64,000 nt of DNA from an uncultured Actinomycetes bacterium. GTDB lineage: Bacteria > Actinomycetota > Thermoleophilia > RBG-16-64-13. The notes beneath the pieces are model-generated. The model searched no databases and was not told the DNA's origin. It saw nothing but the letters and a program-made list of their open reading frames with translations. The DNA lies in assembly GCA_963706025.1 (NCBI GenBank), contig CAVPLM010000014.1, positions 92,391 through 156,390 of the forward strand. The letters run 5' to 3'. Below are positions 45,684 through 56,577 of the stretch, piece by piece (within the stretch, counting starts at the first letter, position 1; the number at the start of each line of letters is the position of its first letter). The translations under genes were made by a program, and so were the position numbers.

Positions 45684-46553
45684 TTGGAGTTCTTCTTAAC
45701 GAATCTCTTCAACGGCATGACTTTCGGGATGGTGCTACTTCCTCATCGCTGCCGGGATGTCCATCGTCCTGGGCATCATGGGCATCACCAACCTGGCCCA
45801 CGGCGCTCTCTTCATGATCGGCGCCTACATGGGCTGGACGATCGCCTCCAAGCTGGATCTGCCCTGCGGACTGGCCCTCGTCGTGGGCGGGCCTCACCGG
45901 CGGACTGGTGGGTCTGCATCATCGAGAGGGTCTTCCTCAGAGCCCTTTATCAGCCAGCCCAACGAGCAGGTGCTCGTGACCTTTGGCTTCGTGCTCGTAA
46001 TCGGCAACGTCATCCTGTGGATCTGGGGGGCAGGGTCCCACTGCAGTACACCGCCGACTGGCTCAAAGGGGCGGTGGAGGTCGGCGGGCGTCTTCTTGGC
46101 AAAGACCGGCTTTTCATCCTGGTCGGTGGGCCTGGTCGTGGCGGCGGTGCTCTGGTTCGTCCAGGACCGCACCCGCATCGGGGCCATGGTCCGGGCGGGC
46201 ATGGACGACAAAGAGATGACCAGGGACTCGGCATCAACCTGCCCGCTCGTCTCTGCCGGCGTCTTCTTTCTGGCCTCGTTCCTGGCCGGTTTCGCCGGGG
46301 TCATGGGCTCGCGTTCATCGCTCCGAATCCGGGCATGGGGCTTGACACCCTTCTTCTGGCCTTGGTGGTGACCATCGTCGGCGGTACCGGCTCGGTGCAG
46401 GGGGCTTTGCTCGGCGGTGTGCTCATCGGCGTGCTCGATACCTTCGGCAAGTCGCTCTTCCCCGAGTTCGGGCTTTTCACCATGTACCTGGCGATGATCG
46501 TCATCCTGCTCGTCCGGCCGCGGGGACTGCTGGGAAGGAGGATCAGTACATGA
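45684..46553 (+). CDS. LivH-like ABC permease (frameshifted)
   Basis: NLAHGALFM, RTRIGAMVRA and GGTGSVQG. Confidence 0.87.
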   Translation: MEFFLTNLFNGMTFGMVLLPHRCRDVHRPGHHGHHQPGPRRSLHDRRLHGLDDRLQAGSALRTGPRRGRASPADWWVCIIERVFLRALYQPAQRAGARDLWLRARNRQRHPVDLGGRVPLQYTADWLKGAVEVGGRLLGKDRLFILVGGPGRGGGALVRPGPHPHRGHGPGGHGRQRDDQGLGINLPARLCRRLLSGLVPGRFRRGHGLAFIAPNPGMGLDTLLLALVVTIVGGTGSVQGALLGGVLIGVLDTFGKSLFPEFGLFTMYLAMIVILLVRPRGLLGRRIST

Positions 46554-47609
46554 ATCCGGAGGGGCCCGCGCCGGTGGCAGAGGCGGAAAAGCCGGCTCGT
46601 GTCGGGTTCCTGGGGCTGCCGACCCACAGGCTTGCGATCAACGGGGCCATGTTGGTCGTGGCCGTCGTGGTCCTGATCGTCATGCCGCCCCTTCTCAACG
46701 GTTTCCTGCAGCTCCTGATGACCAAGTTCCTCATCCTGGCCATCTTCGGCATGGGCTACAACCTCGTCTACGGCTATACGGGGGCATGCTCTCCCTCGGG
46801 CACGGGGCCTTCTTCGGCATAGGAGTGTACGCGGCCGGCCTACTGTGGCTCCATGCTGGGATCAACAGCTTCTGGCTGAGCATCCCTGTCGCCATAATCA
46901 TGGCTTTGGTGGGCGGTGCTGCCATCTCTGAGCTTCTTCTTCCTGCGGATGTCAGGGGTACGTATTTCCTACTCATCACCTTCGGGCTTCAGCCAGCTGA
47001 TGTTCGCGTTGCCTGGAGCATCGACTGGTTCAATTCCTCGGGGATGCAGGGGATCTCGGACATCAAGTTCCCGAGCATCGGTCCTCTGGGTTCACCTGGA
47101 CCAACATATCCTTCTACTACCTCGTGCTGGTCTTCTTCGTCATCTGCTATTTCCTCATCAAGCGATCGTCGACTCGCCCTTCGGCCACGCCATCGTGGGG
47201 GTGCGCGAGGGCGAGAAGCCGTATGCAGGTTCTTGGGCTACAACGTGTGGGCTACCAGGTACATGGCGCTCGTCATCAGCGCGGCGTTCTGCGGCTTTGC
47301 GGGGATGCTCTTCGCCTACAACAACTCGTTCGTCTATCCCAACCACCTGGGCTTCGACTACTCCTGGGTCCCCATGCTCATGGTCATCGTGGGCGGGGCG
47401 GGCACCAAGCTCGGTCCCGATCATCGGCGCCACGATCGTCGTGTGGTTGGAGTACTTCATGAGCCTAGCTGACGCCGCTAACGCTGGCCGCTTATCATGG
47501 GCATGCTTCTTCATCGCGGTGATCATGTACTTCCGCGGTGGAGTGGTGCTGTGGATCTCACGGAGCAGCTCGACAGAATGTCAAGGAGGCGTGCAACAAG
47601 TGTCGGTGA
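46550..47609 (+). CDS. LivM-like ABC permease (frameshifted)
   Basis: GYNLVYGYTG, LSLGHGAFFG and SPFGHAIVGVRE. Confidence 0.85.
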
Positions 47610-48351
47610 TGGAAGCGCTTAGGGTCGAGAATCTGACCAAGTACTTCGGGGGCGTCAAGGTCCTCGAGGACATCGCCTTCGAAGTGCCTCGGTGGGGAGC
47701 GCCTGGGCGTCATCGGGCCGAACGGCGCGGGCAAGACGACCCTTATCAATCTGATCAACGGCCAGATGGCGCCGACCCGGGGAGGATATTCTATTTCGGT
47801 GAAGACATAACCGATCTCCCCACCCACGCCCGCGCCCACATAGGGCAGGCTCGGTCGTATCAGCTGTGCAGCCTCTTCCTGAACCTCACGTCTGGGAGAA
47901 CACGCTTCTCACTCTGCACGGGCTTGGGAAGTCACGCTACGGCCTCGTCCGTTCTGTCAGACGGTACTCGGCGGTGAACGAGATCCGCCCGCAGAGGTGC
48001 TCGGCGAGGCCGGCTTGTGGGAGAGGCGGGACGACCCGGTCAGTAGTCTGGCCTACGGCGACCAGCGTCGCCTCGAGATCCAGTTCTGCCTGGCCTCCGA
48101 TCCCAAGCTGCTTCTGCTGGACGAGCCGAGCAACGGGCTCACCAAGACTCAGGCCGCGGAGCTTGTGAGTATGATAAACGATCACATCGGACGCGACGTC
48201 ACCGTCATGATAGTGGCTCACGACATGGAGCTCATATTCCAGGTCGCCGACCGCCTGATGGTGCTCTATGAGGGTGGCGATCATCGCCTGCGACTCCTGC
48301 GACATCGTTCAGTGCGACCCCAGGGTGCGCGAGATCTACATGGGAGCCTGA
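47609..48351 (+). CDS. LivG-like ABC ATPase (frameshifted)
   Basis: GPNGAGKT, LAYGDQRRLE and LLLDEP. Confidence 0.87.
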
Positions 48352-48358
48352 GGAAGCC

Positions 48359-49149
48359 ATGCTCGAAGTAGACGACATCCACACGTACTACGGCGAGAGC
48401 TACGCGCTCCAGGGCGTGAGTCTCAAGGTCGAGTCGAACCAAGTCGTGGCTCTACTCGGGCGCAACGGCATGGGCAAGACCACCACCATCCGCTCCATCA
48501 TCGGTTTCCAGCCCCCGCGCCGCGGCCGCGATCCTTTTCAAGGGGGAGGAAACAACCCAGTTGCGGTCCCTTCACCATCGCAAAGCGGGGCATAGGGCTG
48601 GTTCCTCAAGGCCGGCGCATCTTCCCGTCGCTCTCGGTGCAGGAGAACCTGACCGTCAGCTCCCGGGAGAGACGCAAGAGCAACCCGTGGACGCTGGACC
48701 GTGTCTACGGGATGTTCCCCATCCTCAAGGAACGGGCCAAGAACACCGGGGACCACGCTCAGCGGGGGTGAGCAACAGATGCTGGCGATCGCCCGCGCGC
48801 TGATGACCAACGCCGACCTTCTCTTCATGGACGAACCATCGGAGGGCCTGGCGCCACTGATCGTGCGTGAGATCGGCGATCTCATCCTCGGCCCTCAAGC
48901 AGGAAGGGCTCTCCATGCTCCTGGTGGAGCAGAACGTCGCCATGGCGACGAGGGTGGCGGACTACGTATACGTGATCAGCAACGGCCACATCGTCTTCGA
49001 GGGAGACGTTTCCAGCTTTCAATGCCGACGCAACCGTGCAGGAGCAGTTCATCGGTGTGCAGGTGGCAGGCAGCAGTGTCGGTTCGACCAGCAGCAATTC
49101 CGGGACGGAGCAGCAGACGCCGTCCGGAGAACAAAGCGAAAGGAGCTAG
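48359..49149 (+). CDS. LivF-like ABC ATPase (frameshifted)
   Basis: [24 protein letters not shown] and LLVEQN. Confidence 0.87.
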
Positions 49150-49154
49150 CGATC

Positions 49155-49761
49155 ATGGCAGGAACGGTCCCCGGGGTTCCCAACCCCATCAGGTACGACA
49201 ACGTCGTCGAGAACTACAGGGCATTGCAGAAGATCAAGCCCGAATTCACCTTCGAGTACGGACTGAAGGCGATCCTCACCATCTTCACTCTGCACGATTT
49301 CTCCATGTTCCACGTGCTGGAAGAGGAGTTTGGCACCGAGAAGGCTGTGAACCTCTACGCCAAGATCTGGGAGCGCCGCACGGATCTCGAACTTCCCGGG
49401 CTCAGGGAGGCCGTGGGGCTCAAGCCGGAGGATCCCATGACCATGGACAAGTTCGCCGAGATCATGGAGATCTACTTCGGCACCTTCGGCAACCCTATGC
49501 TACCTGGCTGAGAAGACCGACGACCGGTACACCTTCCGGGTCACCGACTGCCCCTACACCACCGAGATCCTGTGGAAGATGTACTCACCTGAAGAGAACC
49601 TCGCCTACAACGACAAGATCCAGGTTTCGTGCAACACGGCCATCTTCGACAGGTTCTTGGAGCTGACCGGCTTGGAGAAAGACTGGACCTTCGGCTTCCC
49701 GTCGCAGTTGTGCCGCAGCGGGCAGTACTGCGAGTTCACTTTCGTCCGGAAGCGCTTCTAA
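49155..49761 (+). CDS. ATC-hydrolase/V4R-like Cys-motif protein (frameshift near 49500)
   Basis: [10 protein letters not shown]...DCPY...SCN...[12 protein letters not shown] pattern typical of the L-2-amino-thiazoline-4-carboxylate hydrolase family. Confidence 0.6.
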
Positions 49762-49786
49762 CTCTTTCCATTCCAGGAGGTGAGAT

Positions 49787-50285
49787 ATGGCTCTGCCGAA
49801 GACGACAGACAAACTTGCTACCGAGAACCAGATCTACCGGGACCCGGAATCGTTCGCCGATCTGACGCCCGCGGAGCGGGAGGTCCTCAAGATCGTGCAA
49901 ACGGAGCTGCAGGGATGGGACCAAGATGATCTGGAGAAGGTCCTATCGGTGATGGCGGACGATGCCATCTACTGGGACGTCACCTTGGACCCGGCTGTCG
50001 GGAAGGAGGGCATTCGCGAGTTCGGCGAAGGCTGGCTCGAGTTCTGCCCGAATTTCGGCTGCTTCGTGGAGAAGCTTGTGGTGAAGGGTGACACGGTGGT
50101 CAGCGTGGGCCAGGTCTATCGGCGACCCACTGCCGGGCGTCGAGTTCTATCCCGGGCGTATCTCCAAGGAGGGCCGGCACTTCGATCTCTGGTATGCGCA
50201 GGTGGCCATAGTCAAGGACGGCAAGATCGTCTACGTGCGCGATCATTGGGATTCGAAGTACATGGACCCGGTCTTCGAAGACTAG
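49787..50285 (+). CDS. SnoaL/NTF2-like protein (frameshift near 50115)
   Basis: MADDAIYWD, VGKEGIR and KDGKIVYVRDHWD. Confidence 0.8.
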
Positions 50286-50345
50286 AGGTGAGCATGAGGT
50301 TGAGATTTTCGCTGCCCTTGGTGACCAAGAGATAAGTGAGTTGAT

Positions 50346-51179
50346 ATGGAGACGAGAACGGAGATCCTCGACAACCCTCTTTTTGCCGCCCTCGAGGCCG
50401 TGGGGCACAAGCCCGAAGACGACCTGCTCGTGTGGTCGCAGGGTCTGGCCTTCCACTATCAGAACCTTGTTAACTCGTTGGCCGACAAGGCCGGCGCGGC
50501 GGAGCAGGAGGCCGTCCTCCGTGATATCTGGGCCTTCGTGAAGGCCAAGGTCGACGCCCGGATCACGCAGACCCTTGGTCTGGACCAGGACCAGGATCTC
50601 GGGCGCATGAAGGCCCTCATGGCGGCGATCATGGAAGACGCCGAACACCCGGCCATCAAGGGCATGGGCGACTCGGCTGAAGAGGCGATCCTCAACTGGG
50701 TGCGGGCGTTCGCCATCGTCGATTTTGCCATGTATACGTTCTTGGAGAGACACCTGGGCTCCAAGAGATGCATCGACATCTATATGGGCCTCTGGGAGAG
50801 CTTTGCCCTGGCAAACGTGGACCACGTCAAGGCTGCTCTCGGCATCGCAGGTCCAGAGGACGTGGACATGGACAAACTGGGCGACCTGTCCCGCATCTAC
50901 TGGGAATCGATCGCCTCCCCTTACCGAGTGACAAAGCACTCAGACGACATGCACGAGGGCGAGATACTGATATGCCCGTATTTCGAGAACATGACCCAGA
51001 TCCTGGGCACCGAGCAGGCCCGCTCCATGACCCTCAAATGCGAAGCCGTCGTCTCGGTCAACTACTACGACGCCATTCTCAAGGCTCTGGGAGTCTTCGA
51101 TAGGTACTCCTTCACCATGGACAAGTTCCAATGCTGCGGAGATGACGTCTGCCGGGTAAGGTTCGAGAAAAGGAAGTGA
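50346..51179 (+). CDS. ATC-hydrolase/V4R-like Cys-motif protein with N-terminal extension
   Basis: ICPY...KCE...FQCCGDDVCRVRF. Confidence 0.6.
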   Translation: METRTEILDNPLFAALEAVGHKPEDDLLVWSQGLAFHYQNLVNSLADKAGAAEQEAVLRDIWAFVKAKVDARITQTLGLDQDQDLGRMKALMAAIMEDAEHPAIKGMGDSAEEAILNWVRAFAIVDFAMYTFLERHLGSKRCIDIYMGLWESFALANVDHVKAALGIAGPEDVDMDKLGDLSRIYWESIASPYRVTKHSDDMHEGEILICPYFENMTQILGTEQARSMTLKCEAVVSVNYYDAILKALGVFDRYSFTMDKFQCCGDDVCRVRFEKRK

Positions 51180-51181
51180 GA

Positions 51182-51595
51182 ATGGCGACACCGGCTGAGA
51201 ACCTGGCTGTGGCCCACGACTGGATACAGGCCATGGTCGAGCGCGACCCGGCGAAGATGGGTGCCATGGCGTCGGAGGATGTCAAGGTCCTGGAAGTGGC
51301 CGAGGGCGAAGTCCACCAGGGCAGGGATTACCTGATATGGGCCTACGAGGACCTCTTCTCGGCGTACCCCGACTGCACCTGCGAGGTCGTCAACGCCTTT
51401 GCCGGAGACGAGCAGGTGCTGATCGAGGTCCAGTGGCGAGGCACCGAGACCGGGTCTTTTCGGGGCCAAGCCCCCAGTGGCGGCAAGATCGACCTTCGTA
51501 TCGGTTACATCTTCAAGTTCGCCGGTGGTCTGATCACCGCCATAACCGAGTACTACGACGCGGCCACCATCGAGAAGCAGTTGAGCGCTTCGTAG
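51182..51595 (+). CDS. SnoaL-like / ester cyclase family protein
   Basis: SAYPD, WRGTETG..RG.APSG and ITEYYD. Confidence 0.83.
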   Translation: MATPAENLAVAHDWIQAMVERDPAKMGAMASEDVKVLEVAEGEVHQGRDYLIWAYEDLFSAYPDCTCEVVNAFAGDEQVLIEVQWRGTETGSFRGQAPSGGKIDLRIGYIFKFAGGLITAITEYYDAATIEKQLSAS

Positions 51596-51743
51596 GGCCG
51601 GCGACCTAAGGCCGGCCACATCGGGCGCGCGGTTCTCGGGCAGCGGCCGCAACCAGCGTGGCAGGGATCGCCCAAACGGCGCGGGCGGCTCTTTCCGCCA
51701 TCGCATTCACAAGTCATCTTTGAACCCGGGAGGCGGCGGAGAG

Positions 51744-52394
51744 GTGCGAAGACAGATCGTTCTGTGCTGTCTCCTGGCGGTCTTCTTGGGGCTGACGATC
51801 GCCGACGGCGTGCAGGCCTTCCCTGACGTCGCGCCCGATCGTCTCGACTACGCGGCGGTCACGGGGTTGACGACGAAGGGTGCCGTGCAGGGCTTCCCAG
51901 ACGGCACTTTCAGGCCCGACATACCGGTCCTGCGAGCGCAGTTCGTGAAGATGGTGGCGGCTGCGGTCTTTCTGCCCCTTCGGGAGTCGGACCGGACGCT
52001 GTTTGGCGATCTCGGCGACGCTGCTCCCGGGCCGCCGTATCCCGAAAGTCATGTGGCCGCCGCGTATGTGGCCGCCGCATATGAGGCCGGGATCGTGAAG
52101 GGCAAGAGCGCCATCATATTCGGTCCATATGACCCGTTGACTCGGTCGCAGGCCATGACGATAGCGGTGAGGGCGGCGCAGAAGCTGCGCGCGCGGGATC
52201 TCAAACCTCTGCCTACTGGGTACGAGGGTCGGTTCGCGGGTCTTGACGACCCGATCCATGGCGAGAACGCTAGATTGGCCGAGGCCAATCACCTTCTCGC
52301 CGGCATCGACCTGGGTGCTTGGAACCCCGAGGAGCCGGCGACGCGGTCGGAAGCTGCCCTGATAGTCTGGAACCTGGTGAACTGCTTCGGCTGA
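51744..52394 (+). CDS. Secreted S-layer homology (SLH) domain protein
   Basis: Signal peptide; FPDV, GFPDGTFRPD..LRAQ, LTRSQ and ATRSE. Confidence 0.85.
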   Translation: MRRQIVLCCLLAVFLGLTIADGVQAFPDVAPDRLDYAAVTGLTTKGAVQGFPDGTFRPDIPVLRAQFVKMVAAAVFLPLRESDRTLFGDLGDAAPGPPYPESHVAAAYVAAAYEAGIVKGKSAIIFGPYDPLTRSQAMTIAVRAAQKLRARDLKPLPTGYEGRFAGLDDPIHGENARLAEANHLLAGIDLGAWNPEEPATRSEAALIVWNLVNCFG

Positions 52395-52497
52395 TGGGGT
52401 CTTTGACGGCCGTGAGCCGTCCAGATCCTCCTCGGGAAATCCGGTCTCGAGGTTGGAATGAGTACTGCTGTCAATGGAAGAAGAGGAGGGCACGCAG

Positions 52498-53094
52498 ATG
52501 AAGATCGTGGTCGTGTTGGGTCATCCGAACAAAGCGAGCTTCAACCATGCCATCGCGGACTCCGCGATCAACGCTCTGCGATCGAACAAGCATGAGGTGG
52601 TCTTTCACGACCTCTACGCCGAAGGCTTCGATCCGGTCCTGACTCAAGAGGAGTTCAGTGCCGAGGAAGTGGATGATCCCGTGATCAAGTCGCACTGCCG
52701 GGAAGTCGCTGAGGCAGACGGGCTTGTCATCGTCCATCCGAACTGGTGGGGCCAGCCCCCAGCCATGGTGAAGGGCTGGGTAGACCGGGTGCTTCGTTTC
52801 GGTGTGGCGTATACGTTCAAGGAGCAGGACGGCGAGGAAGTGGTGATCGGGCTGCTGAAAGGCCGAACTGCGCTCGTTCTGAACACCTGTATGACCACGG
52901 AGGAAATGGACAGGACTCACTACCACGATCCCCTCGAGGCTCTGTGGAAGACCTCGGTGTTGGGGTTCTGCGGGGTGGAGAACGTCCAGCGGCTCAACCT
53001 GCGCATGGTCCAGGCGATCTCGCAAGAGGAGCGGAAAACCATGCTCGAAGAGGTGGCCGCGACTATCGACGCTCTGTTCCCGGCGGGCGCATAG
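52498..53094 (+). CDS. Flavodoxin-fold NAD(P)H dehydrogenase (quinone)
   Basis: GHPNKASFN, DLY and PNWWGQPPAMVKGWVDRV. Confidence 0.9.
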   Translation: MKIVVVLGHPNKASFNHAIADSAINALRSNKHEVVFHDLYAEGFDPVLTQEEFSAEEVDDPVIKSHCREVAEADGLVIVHPNWWGQPPAMVKGWVDRVLRFGVAYTFKEQDGEEVVIGLLKGRTALVLNTCMTTEEMDRTHYHDPLEALWKTSVLGFCGVENVQRLNLRMVQAISQEERKTMLEEVAATIDALFPAGA

Positions 53095-53165
53095 CTGGGG
53101 CCTCGCGCGAGGCACAGAAGCCAAGGAAGTTAAGACCGCCGGCCGACCGGGAGGGATCGCACGGG

Positions 53166-55355
53166 CTACGCCCTGTCCTTGGTCGAGATAAGGAGTACGG
53201 CGACGTCGTCGGCGAACGACCCGCCGCTCGGGGTCTCGATCTCGGACATCAGCGCGTTGAGAGCGTCGCCATCCGGCTGAGTGCCCGCCCATTCACCGAG
53301 ACGGTGCTTCAGCCGGGCTTCGCCATATCGCTCTCTCGAATCCGGGCCCAGACGGACGTCGGTAAGGCCGTCGGTGTAGCAGAAAAGGCTCCACTGGTCG
53401 GGCAGGGAGAAACGCCGCGGTCGGGAGTCCTTGGTCGCATTGAACCCCAGGGGAGGTATGGGCGGCGTATCCAAGGAAGTCACCGCATCGGTGATCAACA
53501 GGGGAGGGGGATGGCCGACGTTCGCAAGGGTAAGGCCGCCGTCCTCGAGGTCCACGGAACCCATGAGGATGGTGGCGAACGCGTTGGGTTCCAGCCGTTC
53601 GGCGAGAAGCACTTGGCCCATGACCGCGATGATCTCGGGAATGGTCACTCCGGCGACGACCAGGGCTCTCCAAGTCGAGCGGAGCGTCGCTCCCAAGGCG
53701 GCCGCGTCCGGGCCGCGGCCGCTCACGTCGCCGATGACGAAGTGCAGCATCCCGCCTGCGGGAACCACGATCGAGCCGACGAAGTCGCCACCCAGTCGCA
53801 TGCGCTGTTCGCCCGTGCGGTAGCGAGTCATTACCTGGAGGCGAGGGTGATCGAGAGGCACAGAGGGCATGAGGCTGGCTTCGAACCGGGCGTAGAGGCG
53901 CTGTGCGGAGGCATTGGTCAGGGCCAGTGCCGCCTGGTCGGTGAATCGCTCGACGATGACCAGGTAGCTGTCGTCCGGCTGCTCTCGCGGCTTGTCCCAG
54001 GCCAGGACGAAGAGATCGCGGGGCCCGCGTTCATCGAAGCGCGCGGGTATGTACAGAGCTGAACGCGTGCCTGCCCTCCGTATGGCCTCAGGAGGCCAGG
54101 GCTGGACGGAACGACTGGGGTCTCTCACGTCGGCCACGAAGGTGGGGGCGCGCGAGCGGAGCTCGCGCGCCAACGGCATCTCCCCTGTGAGAGGAAAGGT
54201 AAGGCCCCTACTCAGGGCCTTGACGGGGGGCACTCGAGCCAGCACGCGTAGCCTGTCTCCCTCGATCCGATAAAGAGCGGCGGCAGTGCAGTCGAAGGTC
54301 TCCAGGGCGGCCTCGCAGATGGCCTCAGCCACTTCCTCTCGACTGCCCGTGATGTGGAACGTCGGAGCCAGGGCCAGCACCCGATCCAAGGTCCCGCGCA
54401 GCGTGTCGGCCTGGCGCTGCGCCTCCAACCTTAGAGCGCCCTGCCAGGCGATGCCAGCCTGGTCGGCGAAGCGTTGCATGATGGCCAACAGCTCTTCCGT
54501 AGGGCGCTCGATCTGATGGTCCCACGTGAGAAAGAGCACGCCGATGGTTCCCTCGAGGTTGATAATGGGGACCAAGATCGCAGAGATCATGTTCAGCTCG
54601 TGCTGCAGGCGCAGACCGGCGCCTTTCACGTTCAAACGCCTGACATCGGGCCAGAAGGAGGGGCGGCGGTTTTGCAGAGCCTCACCCACCTCGGCTCGAT
54701 CCGCGAGCGTGAAAGTGAGACCCAAAAGCCGGTCGGACCGGGGAGCGAGGGCAAGGAGCTCGAACGTGAGTCCCTCGAGCGCATGGAGCTGGGCTCCATC
54801 CGATCCAAAGGTATCGAGGGCCGTGTCGCAGATCGTCTGTGCGACCTCGGCCAGATCGCCGCCCTGGTGGAACTGCGGACTGAAGTCGAGCACCCTCTCC
54901 ATTCTCTCTCGCGCCACGAGCGAGCGGCTCAGAGCCTGCTCGAGAGCTGCTTCTCTCCTGTCGACCTGGTGACGCAGATACCCGACTGTCAGGCCCGTGG
55001 CGACGGCAGCCCCACACCAGATGATCGCCGACCCGATGGCATTGGCGGCGGCGATCGGAGTGCCGAAATCGGCGAGCAACAGAAAAGAGGCAAGCACTCC
55101 CACCAAGGCGGCGATGACGCCTACCAGCGTGCCGCTCAGACCGGCCACCACCACGGAGATGAACACTATCCCGGCTCCGACCGGATCGAGGGGGTGGAGC
55201 GTCGAGTCGGCCCAGTAGGCTGCCAGGATCATAGCGAGTTCGAGCACGAGGGCCACCGCCAGCACCACCCAGCGATAGCGCTGGAAACGGCTGCCGGGCG
55301 CCAGTAGTCTGTCAGCCGGCGGGCGCAAGAACCCTGATCTCAGTGGATCCGGCAT
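53166..55355 (-). CDS. Membrane sensor with two GAF domains and a PP2C/SpoIIE phosphatase
   Basis: N-terminal TMs; GGDF, IGDVSGRG, NVGHPPP, YTDGL and DDVAVL. Confidence 0.88.
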   Translation of the reverse strand: MPDPLRSGFLRPPADRLLAPGSRFQRYRWVVLAVALVLELAMILAAYWADSTLHPLDPVGAGIVFISVVVAGLSGTLVGVIAALVGVLASFLLLADFGTPIAAANAIGSAIIWCGAAVATGLTVGYLRHQVDRREAALEQALSRSLVARERMERVLDFSPQFHQGGDLAEVAQTICDTALDTFGSDGAQLHALEGLTFELLALAPRSDRLLGLTFTLADRAEVGEALQNRRPSFWPDVRRLNVKGAGLRLQHELNMISAILVPIINLEGTIGVLFLTWDHQIERPTEELLAIMQRFADQAGIAWQGALRLEAQRQADTLRGTLDRVLALAPTFHITGSREEVAEAICEAALETFDCTAAALYRIEGDRLRVLARVPPVKALSRGLTFPLTGEMPLARELRSRAPTFVADVRDPSRSVQPWPPEAIRRAGTRSALYIPARFDERGPRDLFVLAWDKPREQPDDSYLVIVERFTDQAALALTNASAQRLYARFEASLMPSVPLDHPRLQVMTRYRTGEQRMRLGGDFVGSIVVPAGGMLHFVIGDVSGRGPDAAALGATLRSTWRALVVAGVTIPEIIAVMGQVLLAERLEPNAFATILMGSVDLEDGGLTLANVGHPPPLLITDAVTSLDTPPIPPLGFNATKDSRPRRFSLPDQWSLFCYTDGLTDVRLGPDSRERYGEARLKHRLGEWAGTQPDGDALNALMSEIETPSGGSFADDVAVLLISTKDRA

Positions 55356-55486
55356 CGACCCCAGGCTATCAAGAAGGATAGTCGTGGACAAGTGCGGTGA
55401 GCCGCGGTTGGCCGCCGGGCGCTTCTGTGTTAGCATCACCGGGCTGTGGGCCTCGCGTGCACCTGGGGCCCGGCAGCGCCAAATGT

Positions 55487-55559
55487 GCCCCCATCGTCTA
55501 GTGGCCTAGGACATCGCCCTTTCAAGGCGACGGCGGGGATTCGAATTCCCCTGGGGGCA
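55487..55559 (+). tRNA. tRNA-Glu (TTC)
   Basis: Acceptor GCCCCCA/TGGGGGC; anticodon arm TCGCC-CTTTCAA-GGCGA; TTCGAAT loop. Confidence 0.95.
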
Positions 55560-55578
55560 TTTCCCATGTGGGGTGCCT

Positions 55579-55650
55579 GGGCGCATAGCTCAGTGGGAGA
55601 GCACCTGCCTTACAAGCAGGGGGTCGCAGGTTCAAATCCTGCTGCGCCCA
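55579..55650 (+). tRNA. tRNA-Val (TAC)
   Basis: GGGCGCA/TGCGCCC; CCTGC-CTTACAA-GCAGG; GGTTCAAAT. Confidence 0.96.
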
Positions 55651-55768
55651 CTTGTTGGACGGGTGTGACGGCGGCCATCCGGACAAGAGGGACCGCCGGA
55701 CGAAAGACCGCGGAGCGTGAGATAATCTCGCGGTCAATGGGGCGTGTAGGCGCCCGTCATGGTTTCGC

Positions 55769-55842
<74 letters not shown>

Positions 55843-55864
55843 CCTCGGTTCGCTATCTGGATCA

Positions 55865-56275
55865 TCACTCGCGCAGGTGGTCGAGACACAGGCGCAGTAG
55901 GCTCTCCACGTGAGAGTCGTCGGGGGTGTACAGAACCTCCCGCCCTTGGCGCCGGGAGCGGACCAGTCGGAAATGCCGCAGTATCCTCAAGTGGTGCGAG
56001 ACGGACGACTGGCTCATCTCCACGTGCTCCGCCAGGTCTCGTACGCACGACTCCCCGTCTCTGATCAGAACCTGGATGATATGTACCCGAGTGGGGTCAC
56101 TCAGGACTTTGAAGACCTCGGCTATCCGGCCGGCGTTCTCAAGAACGGCTTCGGGTTTCTCCTCGACCGCCAAAGTATGCGCCCGCCATTGGGCCAGGAT
56201 GTCCCGAGCCTGTTCATGGGCGGGATCCACGGGCACCTTGGAACTGAGGTCTGCTTGAAGATCGATCTGCGCCAA
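55865..56275 (-). CDS. ArsR/SmtB metalloregulator (alpha5-type)
   Basis: FKVLSDPTR, SQSSVSHHLR and DSH...H..E. Confidence 0.92.
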   Translation of the reverse strand: MAQIDLQADLSSKVPVDPAHEQARDILAQWRAHTLAVEEKPEAVLENAGRIAEVFKVLSDPTRVHIIQVLIRDGESCVRDLAEHVEMSQSSVSHHLRILRHFRLVRSRRQGREVLYTPDDSHVESLLRLCLDHLRE

Positions 56276-56305
56276 GAGTCACCTCCGCTGCGCCGATGGG
56301 GCCAG

Positions 56306-56325
56306 ATATGAACTCATGTTCATAT
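56306..56325. promoter_or_regulatory. SmtB/CzrA-type operator palindrome
   Basis: ATATGAAC-TCAT-GTTCATAT just upstream of the ArsR gene. Confidence 0.75.
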
Positions 56326-56385
56326 GTCGGCATGAGCAGAAAGGGACTTGAGGATCCGGTGTAGGATGGCCCCGAGTCGTCTCAG

Positions 56386-56456
56386 AACTCGTTTCAGAAT
56401 GAAGCTCCGCCGTCCAGGGTGCACTAGGCGGCCGCGGCTTCATTCTGAAACGAGTT
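56386..56456. repeat. Perfect 20-bp inverted repeat (MITE-like)
   Basis: AACTCGTTTCAGAATGAAGC-N31-GCTTCATTCTGAAACGAGTT. Confidence 0.75.
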
Positions 56457-56577
56457 GTTAAACGGGGCCGAAGGTGGCCGACGGCGGCCGGGGGCCGCGC
56501 GTTCTTGAAATGCGCCTGGTGCTCGGCTAGTATTGCGGCCCGGTGCGCGGTCGCCCGCCACCGTGGAACGATCGCGT

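Noticed and set aside
1755-50285. Dozens of frameshifts suggesting mass pseudogenisation or programmed frameshifting
   Set aside because: They are single-base indels scattered through genes with intact catalytic motifs and no accumulated nonsense codons; best explained by long-read consensus error
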